IMG/VR virus record: IMGVR_UViG_3300033067_001808
Location: 1-36,833 of that record
Origin: a virus
Taxonomy: Duplodnaviria; Caudoviricetes
Direction: 5' to 3' (one strand)
Length of the DNA: 36,833 nt
The translations under genes and the position numbers were made by a program. Positions 1-7,843 of the stretch are shown here, one piece after another. Every line of letters begins with the position of its first letter. The stretch's first letter is position 1. A model generated the notes under the pieces. The model saw only the letters and a program-made list of their open reading frames with translations. It did not search any database and was not told the origin of the DNA.

Positions 1-56
1 GGTAATGCAAACCCCCTCATTTCGCTAGTTCTGTGGGCTGCTATGGGGATCAATAG

Positions 57-569
57 GTGCGCCTGACCGGTATCAGCGCAGTGGCCGACATGGTCGGCGT
101 GCATTACCAGACGGTCTGCGACTGGGTCGATGCTGGGCTTCCTGTCGCTTACCAGGGCACGCAGTTCGACGCCTACCAGTTCGAGTCGAGCGACGTGATC
201 AGGTGGTACGTCGCGCGCAAAGCCTCGGAACTGCCGGAGACGCCGAAGGATCGCCTGCTGCGGCTGCAGGCCGAAGAAGTGGAGATGCGGCTGGCTGAGC
301 GGCGCGGGTTGCTGATCGAGGCCACGAAGCTCGAGCCCGCCCTGCGCGCGGCGATCGTCTCGGCGAGGGAGAACCTGCTGCGCGCCGGCCCGCACCTGGC
401 CGCGCAGATGGAAGGCGCGGACAAGGGCCGCCGCATAGAGCTGCTGCGCGAGGCGCACGAGGAGTTTCTGCGCCTGCTGTCACACTGGCGGCCCGAAGAC
501 CAGGCTGTCGTTGACGACCTTGCCGACGTGGTCGATGGGCAGGATGGCGACGATGAACGCGCCGCGTGA
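57..569 (+). CDS. Terminase small subunit (lambda Nu1-like)
   Basis: N-terminal wHTH (VADMVGVHYQTVCDWVDAGLP), then coiled coil RLLRLQAEEVEMRLAERRGLLI; overlaps the large subunit gene. Confidence 0.85.
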   Translation: MRLTGISAVADMVGVHYQTVCDWVDAGLPVAYQGTQFDAYQFESSDVIRWYVARKASELPETPKDRLLRLQAEEVEMRLAERRGLLIEATKLEPALRAAIVSARENLLRAGPHLAAQMEGADKGRRIELLREAHEEFLRLLSHWRPEDQAVVDDLADVVDGQDGDDERAA

Positions 570-2604
570 ATGGCTGCCGGCGTTCGACACCGCGGCGGCG
601 GATGAGGCCCTGGCGGCCCTGATCGCGCGCGCCTTCGCCCATGCCGCGCCGCCCGAGCCGCTGTCGATCGCACAATGGGCGGAGAAGCACCGCCGCCTCT
701 CGCCGGAAGAGTCTGCCATCCCAGGCCCGTACTCGCTCAAGCTCACGCCGGTGCTGCGCGGCATCCTGGACGCCTGTTCCGACCCGGCGGTGCGCACCGT
801 CGTGGTCCAGAAGTCCGCGCAGATCGGCTACACCGTCGGCGTGGTCTGCAACGTCATGGGCTACCACATCCACCACAAGCCCAGCGTCCAGGTGGCCGTG
901 TTCCCGCGCCTGCAAGCCGCCAAGGATTTCGCCGCCGAGAAGCTCGACCCGATGATCCGCGCCACGCCGGTGCTCTCACCGCTGGTCATCCTGAAAAGCC
1001 GGGCTCTGGGCAACAGCCAGACGCGCAAGCGCTTTCCGGGCGGCCTGGCCAAGCTGGTCGGCGGCAACAGCCCGAGCGACGTCAAATCCACCTCCGCACG
1101 CGTGGTGATCATTGAAGAGCCGGACGACGTATCGGGCGACGTCAAAGGGCAGGGCGGCTCGATCAAGCTCGCCAAAGAGCGCGCCAAGACCTACCCAGAC
1201 CACCTCATCCTGGTCGGCGGCACCCCCACGGCCAAGGGCGCCAGCGCCATCGAAGCCGAGATGATGGTCACCGACCAGCGCCGCAGCTGGGTGCCCTGCC
1301 CGCACTGTGGCGAGGCGCACGTACTCGACTGGGGCAACGTCACCATTCCGGAGAGCGCCGACGGCGCTGCCCACGAAGTCTATGGCCGCTGCCGCTGGCA
1401 GGACGCCTACTACACCTGTCCGCACTGCGGCAGCGTGTGGAGCGACGAGCAGCGTGTGGCCGCGCTGCACCGCGCCCAGTGGATCGCCAGTTCGCCGGGT
1501 GCCGGCGCGGTGGGCTTCTACACCAACGAGCTGTACTCGAGCTTCGACGAGTCGCGCGTCCCGGTGCTCGCCCGCAAGTTCCTCGAAGCGCAGCACAAGA
1601 TGGACCAGGGCGACCCCGGCGACATGATCGCCTTCTGGAACTCCACGCTCGGCCTGCCGTGGGAATACAAGGGCGAACTGCCGGAGGAAGACGAGCTCGA
1701 AGAGCGCGCCGAAGCCTACGACGAATGGACCTGCCCGGCCGGCGGGCTGATCGCCTTGCTCACGGTCGATGTGCAGCATGACCGCCTGGCGGCAACCTGC
1801 TGGGTCGTCGGCCGCGGCGAGGAAATGTGGCTCGCCTACTGGGGCGAGCTGTACGGCCAGACGATGGTGGCCGGCGCCGGCGCCTGGCTCGAACTGGAAG
1901 AGCTGCTCGAGCGGCGCGTCACGCATGCCAGCGGCGCGCGGCTGCAGATCGAGGCCTGCGCCATCGACTGCTCCGACGGCCAGACCTCGGACGCCGCCTA
2001 CGGCTTCGTACGCAAGCACCGCGGCCGGCGCGTGTTCGCCGTCAAGGGCGCGGCCGACGCCATCGGCCGCGTCGAAATCTGGAGTCCGCCGCGCAAAATC
2101 GACCCGAACTATCGTGCCACCAAGGCCGCCAAGTTCGGCGTCGAGGTCAACCTCGTCGGCACCGCCAAGGCCAAGGACCTCGTACTCGGCTACGCCACCG
2201 AAACCGGCCGCGTGCGCCTCCAGGGCGACGGCCCGGGGCGGATGCACTGGTACAAGGGCGTGCGCAACGACTTCTACAAGCAGATCCTCGGCGAAATCAA
2301 GATCCCGTCGCGCATCAACCCGCGCAAACGCGAGTGGAAGCAGCGCACCGACCGCCGCAACGAGGCGCTCGACTGCACCGTCTATGCCGTGTGGCTGTGC
2401 CGTGCGCTCGGCCTGAACACCCGCAAGCCGGCCTGGTGGGACATCAAGGAGGCCGCGGTACGCCAGCGCAGCCTGATCGAGCCGGAGGGAGTGGGCGAGC
2501 CCGCGTCGACGCCATGGGCCGCCATGCCTGTGCCTCCGCCGCCCGCCCGGCACGTTTCCGTCGACGAAATGATCGCCGCCGCCCGCGCGCGGCTGGGGGG
2601 CTGA
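553..2604 (+). CDS. Terminase large subunit, lambda gpA family
   Basis: KSAQIGYT Walker A variant, VVIIEEPD Walker B, GGTPT, two CPHCG motifs, TVDVQHDRL nuclease and RNEALDC; start could be 544 or 553. Confidence 0.95.
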   Translation: MNAPREWLPAFDTAAADEALAALIARAFAHAAPPEPLSIAQWAEKHRRLSPEESAIPGPYSLKLTPVLRGILDACSDPAVRTVVVQKSAQIGYTVGVVCNVMGYHIHHKPSVQVAVFPRLQAAKDFAAEKLDPMIRATPVLSPLVILKSRALGNSQTRKRFPGGLAKLVGGNSPSDVKSTSARVVIIEEPDDVSGDVKGQGGSIKLAKERAKTYPDHLILVGGTPTAKGASAIEAEMMVTDQRRSWVPCPHCGEAHVLDWGNVTIPESADGAAHEVYGRCRWQDAYYTCPHCGSVWSDEQRVAALHRAQWIASSPGAGAVGFYTNELYSSFDESRVPVLARKFLEAQHKMDQGDPGDMIAFWNSTLGLPWEYKGELPEEDELEERAEAYDEWTCPAGGLIALLTVDVQHDRLAATCWVVGRGEEMWLAYWGELYGQTMVAGAGAWLELEELLERRVTHASGARLQIEACAIDCSDGQTSDAAYGFVRKHRGRRVFAVKGAADAIGRVEIWSPPRKIDPNYRATKAAKFGVEVNLVGTAKAKDLVLGYATETGRVRLQGDGPGRMHWYKGVRNDFYKQILGEIKIPSRINPRKREWKQRTDRRNEALDCTVYAVWLCRALGLNTRKPAWWDIKEAAVRQRSLIEPEGVGEPASTPWAAMPVPPPPARHVSVDEMIAAARARLGG

Positions 2605-2606
2605 GG

Positions 2607-3191
2607 ATGGGGCTGCTGCGCCGCTTCGACCTGGCGCCGCTGATCGAGCGGCACCGGATCAAGGTGTTCGTCGAGACCGGCACCGGCGGGGGCGACTCGC
2701 TGGACTGGGCTGCCGGCTTCGGCTTCGACGCGCTGTACTCCTGCGAGATCGAGCCGATCCTGGCCGTCGGCGCTATTGCCCGCTTCGCCGCCGAGCCGCG
2801 CGCCGTGATCGTGCGCGCCGACTCCGCCGCCTTCCTGCGCATGGTCATGCGCCCGGAACTGCCGCCCGCGCTCGTCTGGCTGGACGCGCACTTCCCCGGC
2901 GCAGACTTCGGCCTGCGGGGCTACCAGGCCGGCGACATCCCCGACGAGATCCGCCTGCCGCTGCGCCAGGAGCTGGAGATCCTCAGCCGCCGCCCGGGCC
3001 GCGACGTGATCCTGATCGACGATCTGCGCCTGATCGAGCCCGGCGACTACGAGGCCGGCCCGCTGCCGGAGGGCTTCCCGCCCGCGCCGGAGGGCGGCGC
3101 CTCGTGGATACGGCAGATGTTCGCCGCCACCCACGAGGCGCGCAGCTCGTTCAAGGATACCGGCTACCTGATGCTGACGCCGCGCGCATGA
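2607..3191 (+). CDS. Class I SAM-dependent methyltransferase-like protein
   Basis: ATG at 2607, 2 nt after the terminase stop; motifs VFVETGTGGG, YSCEIE, ADSAAFL, VWLDAH and VILIDD. Confidence 0.75.
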   Translation: MGLLRRFDLAPLIERHRIKVFVETGTGGGDSLDWAAGFGFDALYSCEIEPILAVGAIARFAAEPRAVIVRADSAAFLRMVMRPELPPALVWLDAHFPGADFGLRGYQAGDIPDEIRLPLRQELEILSRRPGRDVILIDDLRLIEPGDYEAGPLPEGFPPAPEGGASWIRQMFAATHEARSSFKDTGYLMLTPRA

Positions 3192-3430
3192 GGAAGAGGG
3201 CCGTGAGCGAACTGCTGGACTGGCTGCAACAGGCCGTGTTCGAGGCCGAGACTGGGCGGGCGAGCGCGGACGAGATTCGCGCCCGCTTCCTGCACGAGTT
3301 CGGCGGCGTGCGGGTCACGGTGCCGAAGTTCGATCCGAAGCAACGCGCGCAGGAGATCACCCGCATTCGCACGCTGATCGAGCAGGGCACGGCGGAGCGG
3401 ACGGCAAGGATGGTTGTGAGGGGGAGATGA
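3188..3430 (+). CDS. Mor/C-like late transcription activator (small)
   Basis: HEFGGVRVTVPK resembles the FGG-x-x-Y/V-P motif of Mu Mor/C family proteins; ATGA overlap with the upstream gene. Confidence 0.55.
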   Translation: MRKRAVSELLDWLQQAVFEAETGRASADEIRARFLHEFGGVRVTVPKFDPKQRAQEITRIRTLIEQGTAERTARMVVRGR

Positions 3431-3433
3431 ATT

Positions 3434-3661
3434 ATGTCGGCGAGAAAACACAGAAGGTTCGCGCAAATGAATTTGGCACAAGCGAAAGCGTTTTTGTCAC
3501 AAAAAGATGCGGCGCAGTTTGAGCGCTTAGTTGATTCGCTTTGTTCCTCTATTCTGCAGCGCATCACCGATGCGGAATTCGATGAGTTGGACGGAGTGTC
3601 CCTTGATCTAGGTATCGTCGGACCACGGACACCGTTTATGAATCTGAAAATTGCAATTTAA
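3434..3661 (+). CDS. Hypothetical protein, AT-rich insertion (moron-like)
   Basis: 75-aa ORF, GGAG upstream, visibly more AT-rich than its flanks. Confidence 0.55.
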   Translation: MSARKHRRFAQMNLAQAKAFLSQKDAAQFERLVDSLCSSILQRITDAEFDELDGVSLDLGIVGPRTPFMNLKIAI

Positions 3662-3677
3662 TCTTCCGGAACACTTC

Positions 3678-3719
3678 TGCCGATCGCGGCTAGGATCGGC
3701 AAAAAAGGTTCCCCATGAT
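3678..3719 (+). promoter_or_regulatory. Putative activator-dependent late promoter
   Basis: Inverted repeat TGCCGATC-N8-GATCGGCA (3678-3701) followed by a -10-like CATGAT (3714-3719) just upstream of the head operon. Confidence 0.4.
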
Positions 3720-3727
3720 TCGTGCTC

Positions 3728-4267
3728 ATGGCCGAACCCTCCTCCATCCGCGCCGGCGATACCGTCATCTGGACGCGTGAGCTTCCCGACTTCGCCCCAT
3801 CGGCCGGCTGGGCGCTCGCTTACCGGCTGATCCCGGCCAGCGGCGCGGCGGTCGATATCTCGACCACCGGCAGCGGCATCACCTACACCGCCACGCTTTC
3901 CGCCACCGCCTCGGCGGCGATCGCCGCCGGCAACTGCACGCTGGCCGGTCACGTCACCAAGGGAGCCGAGTCACAGACGGTCTATCAGGCGGCGCTGGCC
4001 GTCCTGCCGAACCTGCGCACCGCCGCCGCCTTCGACCCGCGCACGCCGAACGAGATCGAACTGGCCGCAGCGCGCACAGCTTTCAGTCGCGGCGTGTTGA
4101 GCTACTCGGTCGGCGACAGGCAAGTCACCTATGAAGATTCGGGTAAGTTGCTCACCCGCGTGCGCTATCTCGAGCAGCAAGTCTCCACCGAGCGCTATTA
4201 CGCCGCCATCGGCGCCGGCCAGGAAGCCTCGCCTCCGGGCCGGGTGATGTACCGGGGCGTGCAGTGA
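3728..4267 (+). CDS. Head-tail joining / gpW-like protein
   Basis: C-terminal VLSYSVGDRQVTY...LLTRVRYLEQQV resembles gpW; position directly before the portal. Confidence 0.65.
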   Translation: MAEPSSIRAGDTVIWTRELPDFAPSAGWALAYRLIPASGAAVDISTTGSGITYTATLSATASAAIAAGNCTLAGHVTKGAESQTVYQAALAVLPNLRTAAAFDPRTPNEIELAAARTAFSRGVLSYSVGDRQVTYEDSGKLLTRVRYLEQQVSTERYYAAIGAGQEASPPGRVMYRGVQ

Positions 4268-5859
4268 TGGGCTGGTTCGCCAACCTGCGCCGCAGCCGCG
4301 CGCACAAGCAGGCCGCCGCCGAACTGGCGCGCCTGATGGAAATCGCCCAGACGCCCGCCTGGACGGCCGGATGGGGCTCCGAGTCGCTCACGCTCAACGA
4401 GGATGCCGGGGCTTCGCTGCCCATCGCCGTGGCGCGATCCCGCGGCCTGTGGCGCAACAACGACTACGTCCGCCGCTACCGCCAGCTCCTGGTGAGCAAC
4501 GTGCTCGGGCCGATCGGCCTGCGCCTGCAGATGCGCATGAGCCTGCGCGACGGCCGTCCCAACCAGCCGGTCAATGATCGCATCGAGGCCGCCTGGCGCG
4601 CCTTCGGCACCCGGGCCGCCTGCGAAGTCTCCGGCAACCTGGAATGGGCGGACGTCGAGCGCCTGTGCCTGGAATGCCTGGCGCGCGACGGAGAATTCCT
4701 GATCCGCAAGCTGCCGCGCGGGCCGCACGGCTTCCAGCTCCAGGTGATCGATCCGACGCTGCTCGACGTCGGGCTCAATCTCACCGTAGCAGGCGGCCGG
4801 CGCATCGTGATGGGCGTCGAGGTCGACGAGTACGGCGCGCCGATCGCCTACCACATCCGCAACGGCGCGCGCCCGGCTTACCAGACGACGACCGCGTTCG
4901 ATCACGTGCGCGTGCCGGCCGCCGAGATCATCCATCGCTTCGTCGCCGAAGAACCCGGCCAGGTGCGCGGCATCCCCTGGACGGCCACCGCCGCGCAGCG
5001 CCTGTGGCTGGTGCGCGATTTCGAGAAGGCCGCCATGGTGGCGAGCAGCAACGCCGCCAAGCGCATCGGCTTCTTCGTCAGCCCCAACGGCGAGGCGCCG
5101 CCCGGCATGGGCGACACCATAGTCTCCGCCGTGCTCGAGCAGGCCAAGGCCGCCGGGCGGGTGCTCACGGCCGACGAGGTGGCCAAGCTCAAGTCGGTCG
5201 CCGAGAAGTACTCGACCACGGCGCCGGGCACCTACGACACGCTGCCGGACGGCTACGACTTCCGCCCGTTCGAGTCCGACTTCCCCCACGTCGGCCACGG
5301 CGAGTACGTCAAGGCCACCCTGCGCGGGGCCGCCTCGGGCCTCGGCGTGAGCTACGTGAGCCTGGGCAACGATCTGGAAAGCGTGAATTACTCCTCCGCC
5401 CGGGTCGGCATCCTCGAAGAGCGCGAGTTCTACAAGTGGGCGCAGGGCTGGCTTACCGCCGCGCTGCATGCCGAGGTGTTCACCGCCTGGCTGGAAAAGG
5501 CGCTGTTCAAACTCGACGAGCTTCGCGTGCTCGATGCCGCCCGCCTGCCGCAGTACCTCGCCGCCGCCACCTGGCAGCCGCGCCGCTGGGCCGGTATCGA
5601 CCCGGTGAAGGAAGCCGCCGCCGCCGAGAAGAACCTGCAGCTCAAGCTCACCAGCCGCCGCCGGCTGATCCTGGAGCGCGGCGAAGACCCCGACGAGGTA
5701 TTCGACGAGATCGCCGCGGAAGAATCGCAGTTCGGCCCGCTGATGCCGGCCGCCGTCGCGCCACCCGCCGAGCCCGAGGAAGACGCCGCCGAAGACGACG
5801 CCGAGGACAAGACCGAAGACAAGCCCGAGCGCGCCCTGCGCGCCGTATCAGGAGCCTGA
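4264..5859 (+). CDS. Portal protein, lambda family
   Basis: RSRGLWRNNDY, GQVRGIPW, NDLESVNYSSAR and IDPVKE motifs. Confidence 0.95.
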   Translation: MMGWFANLRRSRAHKQAAAELARLMEIAQTPAWTAGWGSESLTLNEDAGASLPIAVARSRGLWRNNDYVRRYRQLLVSNVLGPIGLRLQMRMSLRDGRPNQPVNDRIEAAWRAFGTRAACEVSGNLEWADVERLCLECLARDGEFLIRKLPRGPHGFQLQVIDPTLLDVGLNLTVAGGRRIVMGVEVDEYGAPIAYHIRNGARPAYQTTTAFDHVRVPAAEIIHRFVAEEPGQVRGIPWTATAAQRLWLVRDFEKAAMVASSNAAKRIGFFVSPNGEAPPGMGDTIVSAVLEQAKAAGRVLTADEVAKLKSVAEKYSTTAPGTYDTLPDGYDFRPFESDFPHVGHGEYVKATLRGAASGLGVSYVSLGNDLESVNYSSARVGILEEREFYKWAQGWLTAALHAEVFTAWLEKALFKLDELRVLDAARLPQYLAAATWQPRRWAGIDPVKEAAAAEKNLQLKLTSRRRLILERGEDPDEVFDEIAAEESQFGPLMPAAVAPPAEPEEDAAEDDAEDKTEDKPERALRAVSGA

Positions 5860-5861
5860 GC

Positions 5862-7727
5862 ATGGACCAACGACGCGCCCCGCAACCCGGAGACAACCTG
5901 CTGCGCGGCATCACGCTGGAGCACCGCGCCGCCGAGGGCGACGAGCCGGAGCGCTTTACCGCCTCGCTCAGCTCCGAAGACCCGTACCTGCGCTGGTTCG
6001 GCTACGAGATCCTGGACCACGGCAAGGGCGCCATCGACCTGGCGCGCGCCGCCGAGGGCCTGCCGCTGCTGTTCGGCCACGACGGCTACTCGGCCGACAC
6101 CCTGATCGGCCGGGCGGAGAACGTCCGCGTCGAGGCCAAGCGCCTGAAAGCCGACCTGCGTTTCTTCTCAGACGACGAGTCGCAGCGGGTGGCGCAGAAG
6201 GTGCGCGAAGGCCACCGCGAGATGTCGATCGGCTACCGGGTCGATGAGATGAAGCTGGAAAAAGCCGAATCCGACGGCGCCGACACCTACCGTGTCACCC
6301 GCTGGACGCCGTTGGAGGCGTCCATCGTCAGCGTCCCGGCCGACGCCACCGTCGGCGTCGGGCGCCAGTATTTTCAACCGGCGGCACTGCCCGCCGCCAC
6401 TGCGAAAGGAGTCCATTCCATGGACCAGCAACAAGCCGCCCCGGCGGGCGCAAACGCCGAAGTCCGCGCTATGGCGCCCCAGATGTCCGATGCCGACCGC
6501 GTCAAGGGCATCCTGGACCTGGGCGAAACCTATGCCAAGTACGTCGGCCAGCGCGACATCGCCGACGCCATCCGGCAGGGCCGCAGCGTCGAGCAGTTCA
6601 AGGACCTGATCCTGGCCAAGATGGAGGCCGCGCAGGCCAACGCCAACCCGATGATTATCGGGATGTCGAAAAAGGAAGTGCAGCGCTATTCGTTCTTCCG
6701 GGCCATTCTTGCCGCCGCAGACCGCGACTGGTCAAAAGCCGGGTTCGAGCGCGAGTGCTCCGAAGAAAGCGCTCGCCTGTTCGGCCGCTCTCCGGATGGA
6801 TTTTTCCTACCGATGGATGTCTTGCTTTCGCGCGATTTCAACGTCGGCACCACGACCGAGGCTGGAAACCTGGTGCAGACCACCGTTCGGGCGGACCTCT
6901 GGAACGACGTGATGCGCAATGCGCTGGTCATGCCGAATCTCGGCGCAACAGTTCTGACGGGCCTGCGCGATTCGATTAGCATCCCGCGCAAGGCGACCGC
7001 ATCGACCATCGGCACCCTGACGGAAATCGGCTCGGCGTCCGAGACCGCTCCCACCACCGCCGCACTGAGCCTGACGCCTAAGCGCGTCGGCGCTTTCGTC
7101 GAGGTCTCCAAGCAGGCCATCATCCAGGGCGTGATGGATGTCGAATCTATGATCCGAAACGACCTGCTATTCAGCACCGCGGTGCAGATCGAATACCTGG
7201 CGCTTAACGGCAACGGCACAGCCCCGCAGCATGCCGGCATTCGCAATACCAGCGGCATCGGCACCGTGGTAGGCGGTACAAATGGCGCGGCGCCCGCCTG
7301 GTCGCACATCGTTGACCTCGAAACGGCTGCCGGCAATGCCAATGCCGTACTTACGTCGAGGAACGGCTATCTGGTCAATTCCAAGACGAAGGGCAAGCTA
7401 AAGCAAACGCAGCTCGGAACCAGCCTCGACATGATCTGGAGCCGCTTCACTTCGGAGGCTCCCCTGAACGGCGCCAGAGTCGAGATGACCAACAACCTGC
7501 CGAGCAACCTGACCAAGGGCACCTCGACCACGGTCTGCTCGTCCGCCATTTTCTCAACCGACTGGAGCCAGGAGGTTATCGCCTTCTTCGGTGCGCCGGA
7601 CGTCATCGTCGATCAACTCACCAAAGCCGACACCGGCCAGGTAAAGATCGTACTCAACCAGTTCGCCGACTCCGGCGTGCGGCAGCCCGGCTGCTTCGCC
7701 AAGGTCGACGACCTGATCACCGGCTGA
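5862..7727 (+). CDS. Prohead protease fused to HK97-fold major capsid protein
   Basis: N-terminal PLLFGHD, MSIGY and EASIVSVPAD protease motifs; C-terminal capsid (LTPKRVGAFVEVSKQ, ALNGNGT). The ORF-track extension to 4644 overlaps the portal and is spurious. Confidence 0.92.
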   Translation: MDQRRAPQPGDNLLRGITLEHRAAEGDEPERFTASLSSEDPYLRWFGYEILDHGKGAIDLARAAEGLPLLFGHDGYSADTLIGRAENVRVEAKRLKADLRFFSDDESQRVAQKVREGHREMSIGYRVDEMKLEKAESDGADTYRVTRWTPLEASIVSVPADATVGVGRQYFQPAALPAATAKGVHSMDQQQAAPAGANAEVRAMAPQMSDADRVKGILDLGETYAKYVGQRDIADAIRQGRSVEQFKDLILAKMEAAQANANPMIIGMSKKEVQRYSFFRAILAAADRDWSKAGFERECSEESARLFGRSPDGFFLPMDVLLSRDFNVGTTTEAGNLVQTTVRADLWNDVMRNALVMPNLGATVLTGLRDSISIPRKATASTIGTLTEIGSASETAPTTAALSLTPKRVGAFVEVSKQAIIQGVMDVESMIRNDLLFSTAVQIEYLALNGNGTAPQHAGIRNTSGIGTVVGGTNGAAPAWSHIVDLETAAGNANAVLTSRNGYLVNSKTKGKLKQTQLGTSLDMIWSRFTSEAPLNGARVEMTNNLPSNLTKGTSTTVCSSAIFSTDWSQEVIAFFGAPDVIVDQLTKADTGQVKIVLNQFADSGVRQPGCFAKVDDLITG

Positions 7728-7749
7728 TCGTAGCGCCACGGCACGAGGT

Positions 7750-7809
7750 TTCGCATGGCTAGGGACGCGACCCGAAAAGCGGACTGCCTCCGCCCGCCTG
7801 CCATGCGAA
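7750..7809 (+). ncRNA. c4 antisense-RNA-like structured element
   Basis: 10-bp closing stem TTCGCATGGC/GCCATGCGAA enclosing TA-GGG(acgcga)CCC-GAAAA-GCGG(actgcctccgc)CCGC-CT; matches the GGCUAGGG..CCCGAAAAGC..CCUGCC pattern of P1-type c4 RNAs as I recall it. Confidence 0.7.
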
Positions 7810-7843
7810 TCATCATTCGGGGGCAGCACGCGGAGGCGCGCTG

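Noticed and set aside
3678-3708. Intrinsic terminator
   Set aside because: The hairpin is followed by an A run on plus, so the T run precedes it on minus; neither strand has a downstream U tract
4644-5861. N-terminal extension making a 1027-aa capsid ORF
   Set aside because: It overlaps the portal in another frame and is Arg/Pro-rich, a high-GC artefact; the real start is 5862
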